Shown here: positions 42,616 to 53,505 of the stretch, piece by piece
Numbering within the stretch: the stretch's first letter is position 1
Layout of the letters: every line of letters begins with the position of its first letter
Origin: an uncultured Planctomycetota bacterium
Lineage (GTDB): Bacteria > Planctomycetota > Planctomycetia > Gemmatales > Gemmataceae
Direction: 5' to 3'
DNA: 64,000 nt
Assembly: GCA_963849325.1 (NCBI GenBank)
Contig: CAWKHF010000011.1
Span: forward strand, 94,457 to 158,456
The notes under the pieces: generated by a model
The model's database searches: none
What the model saw: only the letters and a program-made list of their open reading frames with translations
What the model was told of the DNA's origin: nothing
Translations under genes and position numbers: made by a program

Positions 42616-44683
42616 TCACACCAGGCTGGGCGAGCGCTCCGAAACGCGGGAGACGCCGCGGTACACATGGGCGGAGACGGTCGTTCCGCGGACGTTCTTG
42701 CGGATCAGCCGCTCCAGGGCGTCGCAGACGGCTTCCGGGTCGCCGTCGCGGAAGGTGAAGGTTTTGCCCTGCAAGGTCGTCATGAGCGGGTAGATGGTCA
42801 GGAAGTCGGCGGACGGATCCTTTTCGCCCGGCTGACACAGGTCCGACCAGATTTGTTTCAACAGGTTCGGCTCCAGCCCCTCGATGACGATGGCGAAGCG
42901 TTTGCCGTTGGGCGGGACCGTGGCTTGCCGCGGTTCGGCGGACGGATGACGGAGGTGCCCTTCGGGGGTCTTGGGATCCTCGTTGATGTAGCCGAACACA
43001 CCCAGTTCGGGAACGTCCAGACCCTGCAATCTCCACCGCCGCGCTGACGCGGTTGCCGACCAGCTTGTTCAGGATCCAGAAGACGAGGAAGGCGGAGAGT
43101 CCGACCCAGACCAGGTTGGAAGCGACACCGATCAGTTCGGCGCCGAACTGCGACGGGTTGCCGTAAAGCAGGCCGGTGACGCCCTGCTCGGCGGCACCCT
43201 CGGGCAACTCCTTCAACTTCTCGGGGAACCATTTCAGGCTGCCGTCGGCCATCTTGTACCAGAAGCTGCCGTTCATGCCGGCGCTGTATGTGCCATCCGC
43301 GAACAGTCCCAGGGACAGCACGCCCCAGGCGCCATTGACGCCATGAACGCCGACGGCGCCGACGGGGTCGTCCACCTTGAGGACGCGCTCGACGAACAGG
43401 CAGCCCCAGACCACGAACAGGCCGGCCAGCAGCCCGATGAACACGGCGGCCCAGCTGGTCACGAAAGCGCACGGGGCCGTGATGGCCACCAGACCGGCTA
43501 GCAGGCCGTTGCACATGAAGCTGGGATCGGGCTTCTTGTAAACCAGCCACATGTACAGCGACGCCGAGAAGGCGCCCGCCGCCGAGGCCAGCATGGTATT
43601 GGTGGCGATGCGGCCAATGTTCAGGTCGGCGCCGGCGTTGGTACTGCCGGGATTGAAGCCGAACCAGCCGAACGCCAGGATCAGCGTGCCGACCACGTAC
43701 ATCGGCACGTTATGGGCGGGCAGGACATTGGGCGAGCCGTCCTTGTTGTACTTGCCGATGCGCGGCCCCAACATCCAGGCGCCGACCAGGGCCGTGAAAC
43801 CGCCGACCATGTGGACCACGGACGAGCCGGCGAAATCGACGTGGCCGTGGCCCAGACCGTAGTTGGCGCCCAGCTTCGACAGCCAGCCGCCACCCCACAC
43901 CCAGTTGCCGTAAACGGGATAGATGACGATGCTGATGAAGAAGCCGTACAGCGCGAAGGAGAGGAACTTCCAGCGCTCGGCCAGGGCGCCGGTGGGAATG
44001 GTCGCGGCCGTGTCCATGAACACCATCTGGAACAAAAACAGCGTCATCACGCCGGTGTCGAAGGCACGGCCGGCCAGGAAGAAGCCCTCGTAGCCGATCA
44101 ACCCCCAGGGCTTGCCGCTGATCTCCAGAGTGAAGCCTTTGTTGAGCAGCTCGCCGCCGCCGAAGGGGCCGATCGCCCCATAGTTGCCGAACATGAAGGC
44201 GAAGCCGCACACCCAGAAGCCGAGCATGCCGATGGCATAGATGCCAATGTTCATGGCCATCGTGTGGGCGACGTTCTTGGCACGGGTCAGGCCGGTCTCA
44301 ACCATGGCGAAGCCGGTCTGCATGAACATGACCAGGAAGCCGGTCAGCAGCGTCCACATCATGTTGACGGCGGCGCGGTTCTTGCCAATCTCGTTGCCGA
44401 GCGTCTTTACCTCCGCCAGCGTCTTGTTGGCCATCACGTCCTTGACGTCAGGGTCCGATTTCGACACTTCAATTTCGGGGATCGCTGGAGGTTCGCCCAG
44501 GAGGGAACGGTCGCCAGTGTTGGCCCCGGTCGGGTCCGGTTTGGCTTCCGGCTTCTTGGCTTCGCTCGTCGGCGCAGAGGCGTCGGGTTTGGCCGCGTCT
44601 TGCGACCAGAGCACGTCGGCGTGAATCAGCAGGGTGAAGCCTATCGCCACGGCGAGGAGGCTTTTGATGAGAGCCTTTTTCAC
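42616..44683 (-). CDS. amt: Ammonium transporter with C-terminal extension (frameshift ~43025)
   Basis: FMQTGFAMVETG, FQMVF, GALAER, DFAGSSVVHMVGG, WFGFNPGS, NGLLAGLVAIT, DDPVGAVGVHG, GLDVPELG. Confidence 0.95.
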
Positions 44684-44825
44684 GGCTGGAGACCTCGGGA
44701 TGGGGCGCAACCAAAGAAAGACGGCCCCCAGCCATCTCTCCGGAGAACCGCGAGAGCGGGTTGGTTGTCGTACCCCGAAAAGCCGGTACAAGCTGCCAGG
44801 CTACAGCGTAAGTTTTGGGGCAGGC

Positions 44826-44841
44826 AGCAATTGATGTGCCA
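44826..44841 (-). promoter_or_regulatory. Sigma54 promoter of amt
   Basis: TGGCAC-ATCAA-TTGCT, full consensus. Confidence 0.8.
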
Positions 44842-44961
44842 CAGAGAAATCTAGAGAGGGAGAAGCGACTTTAGCTATCTATGATGCACGACTTACGCCG
44901 TTTTCGCCTCCTGCCGCCAGCCCGGGCGGTTAGCCGATCTGCCCACATTGCCATCGGCTCA

Positions 44962-44978
44962 TGCCCACAGAGCGAGCA
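44962..44978. promoter_or_regulatory. Candidate NtrC-like activator site
   Basis: TGC-N11-GCA (TGCCCACAGAGCGAGCA) ~120 bp upstream of the -24 box; second TGCCCACA half-site at 44940. Confidence 0.35.
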
Positions 44979-45003
44979 GAGAGCGTCCGAGCCGCGATCG
45001 TCC

Positions 45004-45055
45004 GAGCCCGCAGCGTCAGCGAGGGAAAGTCCACCCTCGCTGACGCTGCGGGCTC
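45004..45055. repeat. REP-like palindrome (GAGCCCGCAGCGTCAGCGAGG family)
   Basis: Same arms as 8901-8951; flanked by remnants of another family. Confidence 0.8.
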
Positions 45056-45288
45056 CGACCAGAACGTTTGCTCCGCTCGCTCTAACGGTCGCGGTTTTTC
45101 AACGATTCTGCCGGAAATTCCGTGGAGAACGATCATGTCGGACGTGCGGGATTTCCGATGAGAACCCTGAAAGACGCTCTTGCGTTTCTCTGGCGTCCCA
45201 GGCTGCCCGCCTGCTCCTCTCCCTGCCGGGTTCTTCAAGAAGTCTCGATCGTGCGTGGATAGACTCAGGTGGTCCACCGGAGGCTGCG

Positions 45289-46872
45289 ATGTTGCAGTAT
45301 GTCCTGGCAGCCGCTGCTTTGGTGTCCGGGCAAGCTCCCCTCGCTCAGCCCGATAGTGCTCCTCCCGCTGCGAGCCAAAGCGCGGAAAGTCCTTCTCCCG
45401 TGCTGGAGGCGCCAGGGACGCCCTTGCCGGACATTGCCGACCCCGCCGAGACTGCGTCGTCCCCCGAGGATCATCCCGAACCGGGGCCGGCGCTGACGGA
45501 CGTGGAGGCGGTGCCCGAGTCGCCGGCCACGGACGCACTGACCTCGCTGCGATCAGCGGCCCTCTTGACGCGGCAGCAACCGACGCCGCTGGAAGCACCG
45601 GCCGTGGAGCCAACCAACGTGGTGGCGCCGTTCCTGCCGGCCGCAACCCAGCCGGTGGTGGCCGCCGGACTCGCTCCGACGGGGGCCGCCGTGGTCCTGC
45701 CCGACCGCTGGTGGCTCATGCGCCAGGCCCAGGGCACCTGGCTGGGCGCCTTGCTCGATGACAACCGGATGTATCTGACCGGCTGGATCGAGCAATCCTA
45801 TACTGCCAGCACCAACAAGGTCAGCAACGTCACCAACGTCTGGAACGATCGCTCCAACCAGTACCTGCTCCAGCAAGGCTGGATCCGCCTGGGACGCAGC
45901 GTCGTCACCACCGGCACCACCAGTCCCAGCTTCGGCTTCCAGATCGACGTGCTGACCGGCAGCGATTATCGCTTCACCCTGCCGCGCGGCCTGTTCAACA
46001 GCCAGCTCTACAACTCGGCGGGAGGGCAGAACCTCTATGGCGTGGACCCCATCCAGGAATACGTGTCCATGTACGTGCCGACGTTGTTCCGCGGCGTCGA
46101 GTTCCGTCTCGGCCGCCTGTATACGCCGTGGGGTGTGGAAAGCCTCGAAGCCGTCAGCACGCCGTTACTGTCCCGCTCCTACGCCTTCAACTGGTCTCCC
46201 CCCTTCACGCATTCCGGCCTGGGCGCCTACGTCACGTTCACGCCGGAGTGGTCCGGCGTGTTCATGCTGACCAACGGCAACGACGTGTATTTCGGCGACC
46301 CGTCCGAGGAGCTGCGTTTCGTCGGCAACATTCGTTATTTGCAGCCGGGCGGCCGCAACAGCGTGACGCTGGCGACCTCGCTGGGCCGCGGCAAGTTCAA
46401 CCCGGCCTACGCGACCCCGCCCCAGCAGAGCACGACCGCTCTGGCCACCGAGCCGTTCGGCCGCAACAACTTCAACGCCTTCGACATTGTATATACGCAC
46501 AGCTTTAGCCCCGTGCTCAGCTACAACATGGAGGGCATCTACGCTTACCAGTACAACGTGCCGCAGGACGCCCTGGCCGTCGGCAGCTACAACGGTTTCG
46601 CCAACTGGTTCTCCATCGCCCACTACCTGTTCTGGACTATATCACCTAAATGGAGCGCCATTGTCCGTTATGAAAACTTCGACGACGCCCAGGGGCAGCG
46701 TACCGGTTTCGCCGGCCTGTACACGGCCGTCACCACCGGCGTCCAGTACCGCATCAACAAAAGCATGATCGTCCGTCCCGAGCTGCGCTATGACGACAAC
46801 GCCCTGCAAAAGCCGTATGAAGGCAAACACGACATTTTCACGGCGGCCTCGGACCTGATTATTCGCTGGTAG
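45289..46872 (+). CDS. Outer-membrane beta-barrel protein (BBP2/DUF1597-like putative porin)
   Basis: GGAGG RBS, signal peptide, Pro-rich region, GWIEQSYT..WNDRSNQYLLQQ..GSDYRFT..GRLYTPWGVE..PFTHSG..RPELRYD..DLIIRW (aromatic C-terminus). Confidence 0.85.
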   Translation: MLQYVLAAAALVSGQAPLAQPDSAPPAASQSAESPSPVLEAPGTPLPDIADPAETASSPEDHPEPGPALTDVEAVPESPATDALTSLRSAALLTRQQPTPLEAPAVEPTNVVAPFLPAATQPVVAAGLAPTGAAVVLPDRWWLMRQAQGTWLGALLDDNRMYLTGWIEQSYTASTNKVSNVTNVWNDRSNQYLLQQGWIRLGRSVVTTGTTSPSFGFQIDVLTGSDYRFTLPRGLFNSQLYNSAGGQNLYGVDPIQEYVSMYVPTLFRGVEFRLGRLYTPWGVESLEAVSTPLLSRSYAFNWSPPFTHSGLGAYVTFTPEWSGVFMLTNGNDVYFGDPSEELRFVGNIRYLQPGGRNSVTLATSLGRGKFNPAYATPPQQSTTALATEPFGRNNFNAFDIVYTHSFSPVLSYNMEGIYAYQYNVPQDALAVGSYNGFANWFSIAHYLFWTISPKWSAIVRYENFDDAQGQRTGFAGLYTAVTTGVQYRINKSMIVRPELRYDDNALQKPYEGKHDIFTAASDLIIRW

Positions 46873-46928
46873 GGCCATCAGTCCTCAGCGGTCAACTCGA
46901 CCCGAAACCCAAGGAGGAAGGAAGGGGT

Positions 46929-47795
46929 ATGATCCAAACGGTGAAGAAGAACCTGGCCATCCTGTCGGCCATGACGGGAGCGCTGTTGCCCCTGTCGTTG
47001 TCGGCCCAGGAGAAGACGCCCGTCCCGTCGGGGACGCCGGTGACCATTACCGTCCAGCCGGCCGCCTCGTCGGCGCCGCCGGTGACGATCACGTTGGGGC
47101 CGCGGCACGGCCACGTCACGCCGGTGCGCCAGGGCTGTACGCACACCGGCGGCGGCAACATCAACGTCGCCCAGCCGGCGCCGGACACGGTCATTGTCAA
47201 CATGACGGGAGCGGCGATCGCTTACGGGGCCATCCACAACGCCTCGGCGGGGATGAACTTCGACCTGGAGCAGTGCTTCGAGGTCAACTTCGACAATCCC
47301 AAGCTCAAGAAGGCCAAGCTGACCCTGGAAGGGCGCGTCATCGGTCTGCTGCGCAGCCACTGCCGCAGCGACGGCGCCGCCTTCGACCAGGCCTGCGCGG
47401 GCGTCCTCAGCGGCCCGACGACCATCCTGCGCCTGTGCGTGCCGCCGCACTCGGTCGGCGGCAAGGAGGCCCTGTCGGTCAACGATCACAATGGCCCGGT
47501 CAGCGTGCCGGTCGTGGCCGGCAAGTACACGTTTCGCCAGACGTTTGCCATTCAGGCGGAGGCGCACGGCTATGTGGTACCGATCAAAGGTCCGTCGGCC
47601 GAGTTCGCCCCGGACCCGGCCCTCGATCCGCTGTGGTTGCCGTACAAGGAACCGTTCCACGGAGCGACCAAGAAGGACTTCGGCTACCAGGTCATCCTCA
47701 AGGTCGCCGAGGACACCGAGCCGGAGAAGCCGGAGAAACCAGAGCCGCCGGCGCACGAAAAGCTGCCGGAACCTCGGCCGGAACCGGAACGCTGA
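46929..47795 (+). CDS. Secreted hypothetical protein
   Basis: RBS, signal peptide ..LLPLSLSA-QE, beta-rich Cys/His-containing domain, EP-rich tail. Confidence 0.75.
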   Translation: MIQTVKKNLAILSAMTGALLPLSLSAQEKTPVPSGTPVTITVQPAASSAPPVTITLGPRHGHVTPVRQGCTHTGGGNINVAQPAPDTVIVNMTGAAIAYGAIHNASAGMNFDLEQCFEVNFDNPKLKKAKLTLEGRVIGLLRSHCRSDGAAFDQACAGVLSGPTTILRLCVPPHSVGGKEALSVNDHNGPVSVPVVAGKYTFRQTFAIQAEAHGYVVPIKGPSAEFAPDPALDPLWLPYKEPFHGATKKDFGYQVILKVAEDTEPEKPEKPEPPAHEKLPEPRPEPER

Positions 47796-47804
47796 AACGT
47801 GGCA

Positions 47805-47879
47805 CCGAGCCTGAAGCGTAAGCGAAGAAGAGCGGTAACCGAAGGTTGCCGCTCTTCTTCGCTTACGCTTCAGGCTCGG
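47805..47879. repeat. REP-like palindrome (CCGAGCCTGAAGCGTAAGCGAAG family)
   Basis: Extended inverted repeat between convergent genes. Confidence 0.85.
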
Positions 47880-47886
47880 ACGATAA

Positions 47887-48842
47887 TTACCAGGGCAACT
47901 CGTCGAGGTTGACGTTGCCGCCGCTGAGGACGACGCCGACACGGCGCAGCCCGTCGAGGGAGCGGAACTCCGTCGAGAGCACGGCGGCGACGGCGACGGC
48001 GGCGCTCGGCTCGATGAGCAGCTTGGCCCGCTCCCAGCACAAACGCATGGCGCGAATGATCTCCTCCTCCGTGACGGTGACGACGCGCTCCACCCGATCG
48101 CGGATCACCGGCCAGGTCAGCTCGCCGAGGCTCGTCAGCAAACCATCAGCAATCGTCCGGGGCCCGGTCTGGGGAACCAACGTGCTCGCGGCCTTCGAGC
48201 GCGCGGCGTCGTCGGCACCGGCCGGCTCGGCGGCGAAGACGCGCACGGCGGGCGCAGCTCGTGTACGGCCAGGGCCAGACCGGAGACTAGGCCGCCTCCG
48301 CCGACCGGCGCCACCACGGCATCCAAACCGGGAACCTGTTCCAGCAGTTCCAGGGCGGTCGTGCCCTGACCGGCGATGACGTCCTCGTGGTTGTAGGGGG
48401 GGACCAACGTCGCGCCGGTCTCGGCCCGCACTGCCGCCGCCGTCGTCTCTCGTGCGGCCAGGGTCGGCTCACACGCGACGACGCGGCCGCCGTACTCCTC
48501 GACGGCGCGGCGCTTCACCGGCGAGGCGTTGCGCGGCATGACGACGTGGGCCGGGATGCCGCGCAGCCTCGCCGCCAGCGCCAGGGCCTGGGCGTGGTTG
48601 CCCGAGCTATGCGTCACCACGCCGCGCTTCGCCGTCTCCGCGTCCAGCTTCATCACGGCATTGCAGGCGCCGCGGAACTTGAACGCACCGGTCTTCTGGA
48701 GGTGTTCGCACTTGAAGAACAGAGAGCGGCCCGCCAGGCGATCGAGCGTGGTACACGTCGCCACGGGAGTGCGGTGGGCCCATCCCGTCAGACGCCGGGC
48801 AGCGTCTCGAATGGCCTGCAAGTCAGCGGCGTAAGAGTTCAT
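47887..48842 (-). CDS. PLP-dependent serine/threonine dehydratase (serine racemase-like; frameshift ~48255)
   Basis: HRTPV, KCEHLQKTGAFKFRGA, HSSGNHAQA, GQGT, PVGGGGL, TIADGL, EPSAA, VLSGGN. Confidence 0.92.
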
Positions 48843-49894
48843 GGCCTCCCTTTCTCCGCGGCGACGGCGATGAATACATCCATTTGCTGTCCGACATAGG
48901 GTCGTTCCGTGCCCGGTTCCAACTCGTAGATCACCTGCAACACCCGCGAATCCGTGCGTTCGCTGACGTCGCCGGTGAGGGCGCGTTTGCTCACGACCAG
49001 CGGTTCGACGCGGACGAAGCGGAGCGAGAACGTCGGCTGCGGCGAGCCGCGGCGCGTGGCCGTGGCCGCCGCCTCGGGGCGGAAGCGGCCGATCTGCTGC
49101 TCGTCCAGATCGACGCGCAGATGCAAGGGGTTCGTCTCGCCCAGGAGGATGGGCGGCGGCTCCGGCCGCGCTCCGACCGCCTCGCCGACGCGCACGTTCA
49201 TCTGCAAGATGGTGCCGGCCACCGGCGCGGACGGTCAAACGCTCCAGGTCCGTTTGCACCTGCCCCACCATCGCCTCGGCTTCGGCGATCCGCGCCGAGC
49301 AATGGCCTTGTCCGTCTCCGCGGCCCCGGATTTCAGCAGGCGGTCGTCCGCTTCCGCCCGCGCCTGCTGCTCCCGCGCCGCCTCCATCATCGCCTGGCGC
49401 TGCTCCAGGTCGTCGGCGCCGATCAAGTTTTTCCGCAGCAGATCGCGGCCGCGTTCCAGGTGGAGGGTCCGTTCGTGGAGCACCGCCCGCGCTTCGCGGA
49501 CATGGGCGGCGCTGGACAGCAGCTCCTCCGGCCGCCGCAGATGTTCCAGGCGATCCAGCTCCGCCCGCGCCGTCGTCAGGCGGCTCTCGCGGACCCGGCG
49601 CTCGGCCAGCAGCGGGCGGTCGTCGAGAGTAAACAGCGCTTCGCCGGCCGAGACGTGCCGGCCGGGCCGGACGAGTACCCGAGCGGCAATGCCCGGCACC
49701 GGCGACGCCACGGCGACATTGTCCGTGCTGGCCTCGACGATGCCGGCGGCGGCCAGGTTGTGCTCGAAGGGCGACTCGACCGGCGCTACGGGCGGCGCGG
49801 CCGGCGGCTTCTCCGCGGAGCTGCGCACCACGTGGACCACGGCGAAACCCAGCATCGCCACCGCCAACAGCGGCACCACGTATTTGAGGATCAT
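48839..49894 (-). CDS. HlyD/RND-type periplasmic adaptor (frameshifts ~49290, ~49230)
   Basis: N-terminal TM, AAGIVE..VASPVPG..VRPGRHVSAGEALFTLDD, coiled coil, GTILQMNVRVGE, LHLRVDLDE, ERTDSRVLQVIY..YVGQQMDVFI. Confidence 0.85.
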
Positions 49895-50047
49895 CGTCCA
49901 CCCATCCGAACAGGGGCAGCACATCGAGCTTCCTTTTGGCATAATCATAACGCCGAAAGGCCGAACGTGTCGTCACCATCTGCCATCCGAAGGCGTCCGC
50001 TCCTCCGCCGACCGGCGGCGCGGACGCCAGAGAAAAGGGTAATTGCC

Positions 50048-51847
50048 ATGATGAACACCGCCTTGAGGGAAGCCGTCGAGCGTCTGCTGCCGCGCGTGCA
50101 GACGCCGGCCCAGTACATCGGCGGCGAGCTGAACAGCGTCGTCAAGGACCATCGGCAGGTGCGCGGCAAGCTGTGCCTGGCCTTCCCCGACACCTACACC
50201 CTGGGCACCAGCCATCACGGCTTGCAGGTGCTGTACACGATCATGAACGACGACCCGCAGTGGGCCTGCGAACGCGCCTTCACCCCCTGGCTCGACTTCG
50301 AGGCCGAGCTGCGCCGCGCTCGGCTGCCGCTGTACAGCCTGGAGACGTTCACGCCGCTGCATGAGTTCGACCTGCTCGGCTTCAGCCTGCAATACGAGGT
50401 CTGCTACACGAACATCCTGACCATGCTCGACCTCGGCGGCGTCCCGCTGCACAGCAAGGACCGCACGCTCGACCATCCGCTCGTCATCGCCGGCGGCCCC
50501 GGCGGCCAGAACCCCGAGCTGCTCGCCCCGTTCATCGACCTCTTCGTCATCGGCGACGGCGAGGAGAGCCTGCCGTGGCTGATGGACCGCTGGATGACGC
50601 CTCAAGGAGCGCGGCGGCCTGTCCCGTGACGACATGATCGCCGACATCGTCGGCAACACGACCTGGGCCTACGCGCCGATGTTCTACGAGCCGGAGTACC
50701 ACGCCGACGGCACCCTCGCCGCCATGCACCGCACGCGCTCCGACGTGCCGCGCGAGGTCATGGCCTGCACCATCAAGCAGGACTTCGACGCCATCCCGCT
50801 GCCGACGCGGCCGATCGTCTCGTTCGTGCAGACGCCGCACGACCGCATCGCCATCGAGATCATGCGCGGCTGTCCCTGGCAGTGCCGTTTCTGTCAATCG
50901 ACCGTCATCAAACGGCCGCTGCGCGTGCGCTCCGTCGAAACCATCGTGCAGGCGGCCCTGGAAAGCTACCGCAACACCGGCTACGACGAGATCAGCCTGC
51001 TCAGCCTCAGCACCAGCGATTATCCCTACTTCGAGGAGCTGGTCCAGCGCATGCACGAGGTGTTCGCGCCGCTGGGCGTCAACGTGTCGCTGCCGAGCCT
51101 GCGCAGTCAACAACCAGCTGCGCTCGGTGCCGAAGCTGATGAAGGGCGCCCGCAAGGGCGGCCTGACGCTGGCCCCGGAGGTGGCCCGCGACGACATGCG
51201 CGAGCAGATCCGCAAGAAGATCAAGAACGACGACCTCTACGAAGGCTGCCGCGAGGCGTTCAAGAACGGCTGGCAGCGGGTCAAGCTGTATTTCCTGTGC
51301 GGCCTGCCCGGCGAGCGCATCGTCGACCTCGACGGCATCGTGGACATGGCCGAGCACATCGCCCACATCAGCAAGGAGGCGACCGGCCGCTACAAGGAGG
51401 TGACGGCGTCGGTGTCGAACTTCGTGCCCAAGCCGCACACGCCGTACCAGTGGAACGGCATGCAGACGCGCGAATACCTGCGCTGGGCCGGCGACTATCT
51501 GCGGAAGCGCGTCAAACTGCGGGCGGTGAAGGTCAAGCAGCACGACGTCGAGTGCAGCCTGCTCGAAGGCATTCTGACGCGCGGCGACCGGCGCGTGGCG
51601 CCGGCGCTGGAGGAGGCGTGGCGGCGCGGCGCCGGCTGGACGGCTGGCGCGAGTGCTTCCAGCCGGAGTTGTGGTGGCAGACGTTCGCCGACCTGGGCAT
51701 CGATACGGCGTGGTACTCGCAGCGCTCTCGGCCGATGACGAGGTGCTGCCGTGGGACCACGTCAACGTCAAGAAGGGCCGCGAATATCTGGAAAAGGAGC
51801 AGAACCGCAGCCTGGTGCAGCTGCAAGTGATGGCGGACGCGAAGTGA
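50048..51847 (+). CDS. B12-binding radical SAM protein, TIGR03960-like (four frameshifts)
   Basis: PAQYIGGELN, LAFPDTYTLGTSHHG, FSLQYEVCYTN, EIMRGCPWQCRFCQ (CxxxCxxC), SLSTSDY, LTLAPE, KLYFLCGLPGE, FVPKPHTPYQW. Confidence 0.9.
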
Positions 51848-51856
51848 AAGGAGACC

Positions 51857-52589
51857 ATGATGAATCCCACGATTGACTATCCGCGGCTTCATCGCTGGAC
51901 GCCAGACGAATATTTCCAGATGACCGATCTGGGTTGGTTCCGAGATCAAAAGGTGGAACTGATCGGCGGTGAAGTGCTTGTTCATCCAGGGCTAGATGCC
52001 GAACCGCCTGGGCCGGAGAAGCTTCCCGCACGGCGCTGGACGCGCGACGAATTTTTCCAGATGCTCGAACGTCGGTTGGTTCCAGGGCCAGCGCGTGGCA
52101 CTGATCGATGGGGAGGTGGTGGAGATGCCGGCTCAAAGGGATTATCATGGCGCGGCTATCACCTTGACGATGGATGCTCTTCGCCTGGCCTTCGGCCAAG
52201 GTTTCTGGGTTCGCAACCAAATGTCTTTGGATCTCAGCCCGCGATCTGTCCCCGATCCCGATTTAGCCGTGGTGCCCGGCTCTCCCCGAGGCATAACGGC
52301 AGCCACGGCGACTCCGACAAGCGCTCTTCTTATCGTGGAAGTGGCCGAGACGACCCTTGCCTACGATCGCATCCACAAGAGCAGTCTCTACGCCGCCGCG
52401 GGCATCGCCGATTACTGGATCGTCAACCTGGTGCAGCGCCAGCTCGAATTCTACCGCGATCCCATCGCGGACAGTACCCAGTTATTCGGCTTCCGCTACG
52501 GCAGTCGAACCATCCTCGATCCGCCCGACACGGTCTCGCCGCTGGCGGCCCCGCAGGCCAGCATCGCCGTGGCGGACCTGCTGCCGTGA
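51857..52589 (+). CDS. Uma2 (DUF820) family endonuclease-like protein with duplicated N-terminal module (frameshift ~52070)
   Basis: RWT.DE.FQM..GWF..V.LI.GEV twice; PDPDLAVV, LIVEVAETTL.YDR, KSSLYAAAGIADYWIVNL. Confidence 0.9.
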
Positions 52590-52635
52590 TGGTAGAGTGA
52601 ATGTTGCCAGCATCACGTTTCATCTCGGAGGTATC

Positions 52636-52972
52636 ATGTCCAATACGGCTCATCCGGAGTTGCCTCCCCGAGCGGGAGTCCCCGACGGCGCCGAACAGGG
52701 CCACGTTCCTTCTGTCCCGGCCTCCCCGCCGTCTTCCACAAATGTTCACTCGGAGCTGGGAGAATTCCCCGAGGAAATCGCTAATGAATGGCGATGGATT
52801 TTTACAGCGCGAGCGCGGCGATTTGGACGCCTATCGAGGTCAATACGTGGCCGTCCTGGAAGGCCGAATCTTGGGCAGCGGTTATGATCCCCAGCTGTTG
52901 CGCGAACTGCTGGCGCTGAAGCATCATCTCGATCCAAACCGAATTGTCACCGTTTACGTCGGGACTTGGTGA
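52636..52972 (+). CDS. Small DUF5678-like protein (frameshift ~52805)
   Basis: GGAGG RBS; ANEWRWIF..LDAYRGQYVAVLEGRILGSGYD. Confidence 0.65.
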
Positions 52973-52996
52973 GCGATCACGTCGGTGGAGGAGTGC

Positions 52997-53497
52997 ATGG
53001 CTCGAATTCGCCTCTACGTTCGACAATCCCTGCGGACGAGTGCGGAGCTTCTTACCGACAACAGAGGGGAACAGTTTCTTGTTCCGTTCCTCCGTGTCTA
53101 TGGCCACGTGCGAATGGGAGAACGAACCAGGTACGCGCAGGACTGTATCGTGGACACGGGTGCCCCACTGACGATCTTCCCCGTGAGACAGTGGAAACAT
53201 TTCGCGGATGAGATCGAATGGTTGTCTCCCTCCAGCCTTGCAACCGCGTCCTGGCTGACCCACATTTCGGGGAAGACCGGAGGGGAATGTCCGTGCCGTA
53301 TCGGCTATGTCTTGGGCGAGCCTTTCGACCTCGGGCCTCCCCTGCACTTCTTAAAGCCGTCGAAAATCCTTGCTTTCTTTGAAGAGGCTCCGAGCGGCGA
53401 CGATCAGATCATCGTCGGGTTGCACGCGGGCATTCTCGCCGGCCGGCGATTGATCGTCGAGCCGAGTTCAGGCGAAGCCTATCTGGAAGATGCGTAA
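52997..53497 (+). CDS. Retropepsin-like aspartyl protease
   Basis: [23 protein letters not shown] motif; C-terminal IIVGL. Confidence 0.7.
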   Translation: MARIRLYVRQSLRTSAELLTDNRGEQFLVPFLRVYGHVRMGERTRYAQDCIVDTGAPLTIFPVRQWKHFADEIEWLSPSSLATASWLTHISGKTGGECPCRIGYVLGEPFDLGPPLHFLKPSKILAFFEEAPSGDDQIIVGLHAGILAGRRLIVEPSSGEAYLEDA

Positions 53498-53505
53498 CTC
53501 GGTCC

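Noticed and set aside
48135-50629. Long ORFs 48135..49979 (-) and 48884..50629 (+)
   Set aside because: Real genes (dehydratase, radical SAM) extended upstream by stop-poor GC-rich frames.
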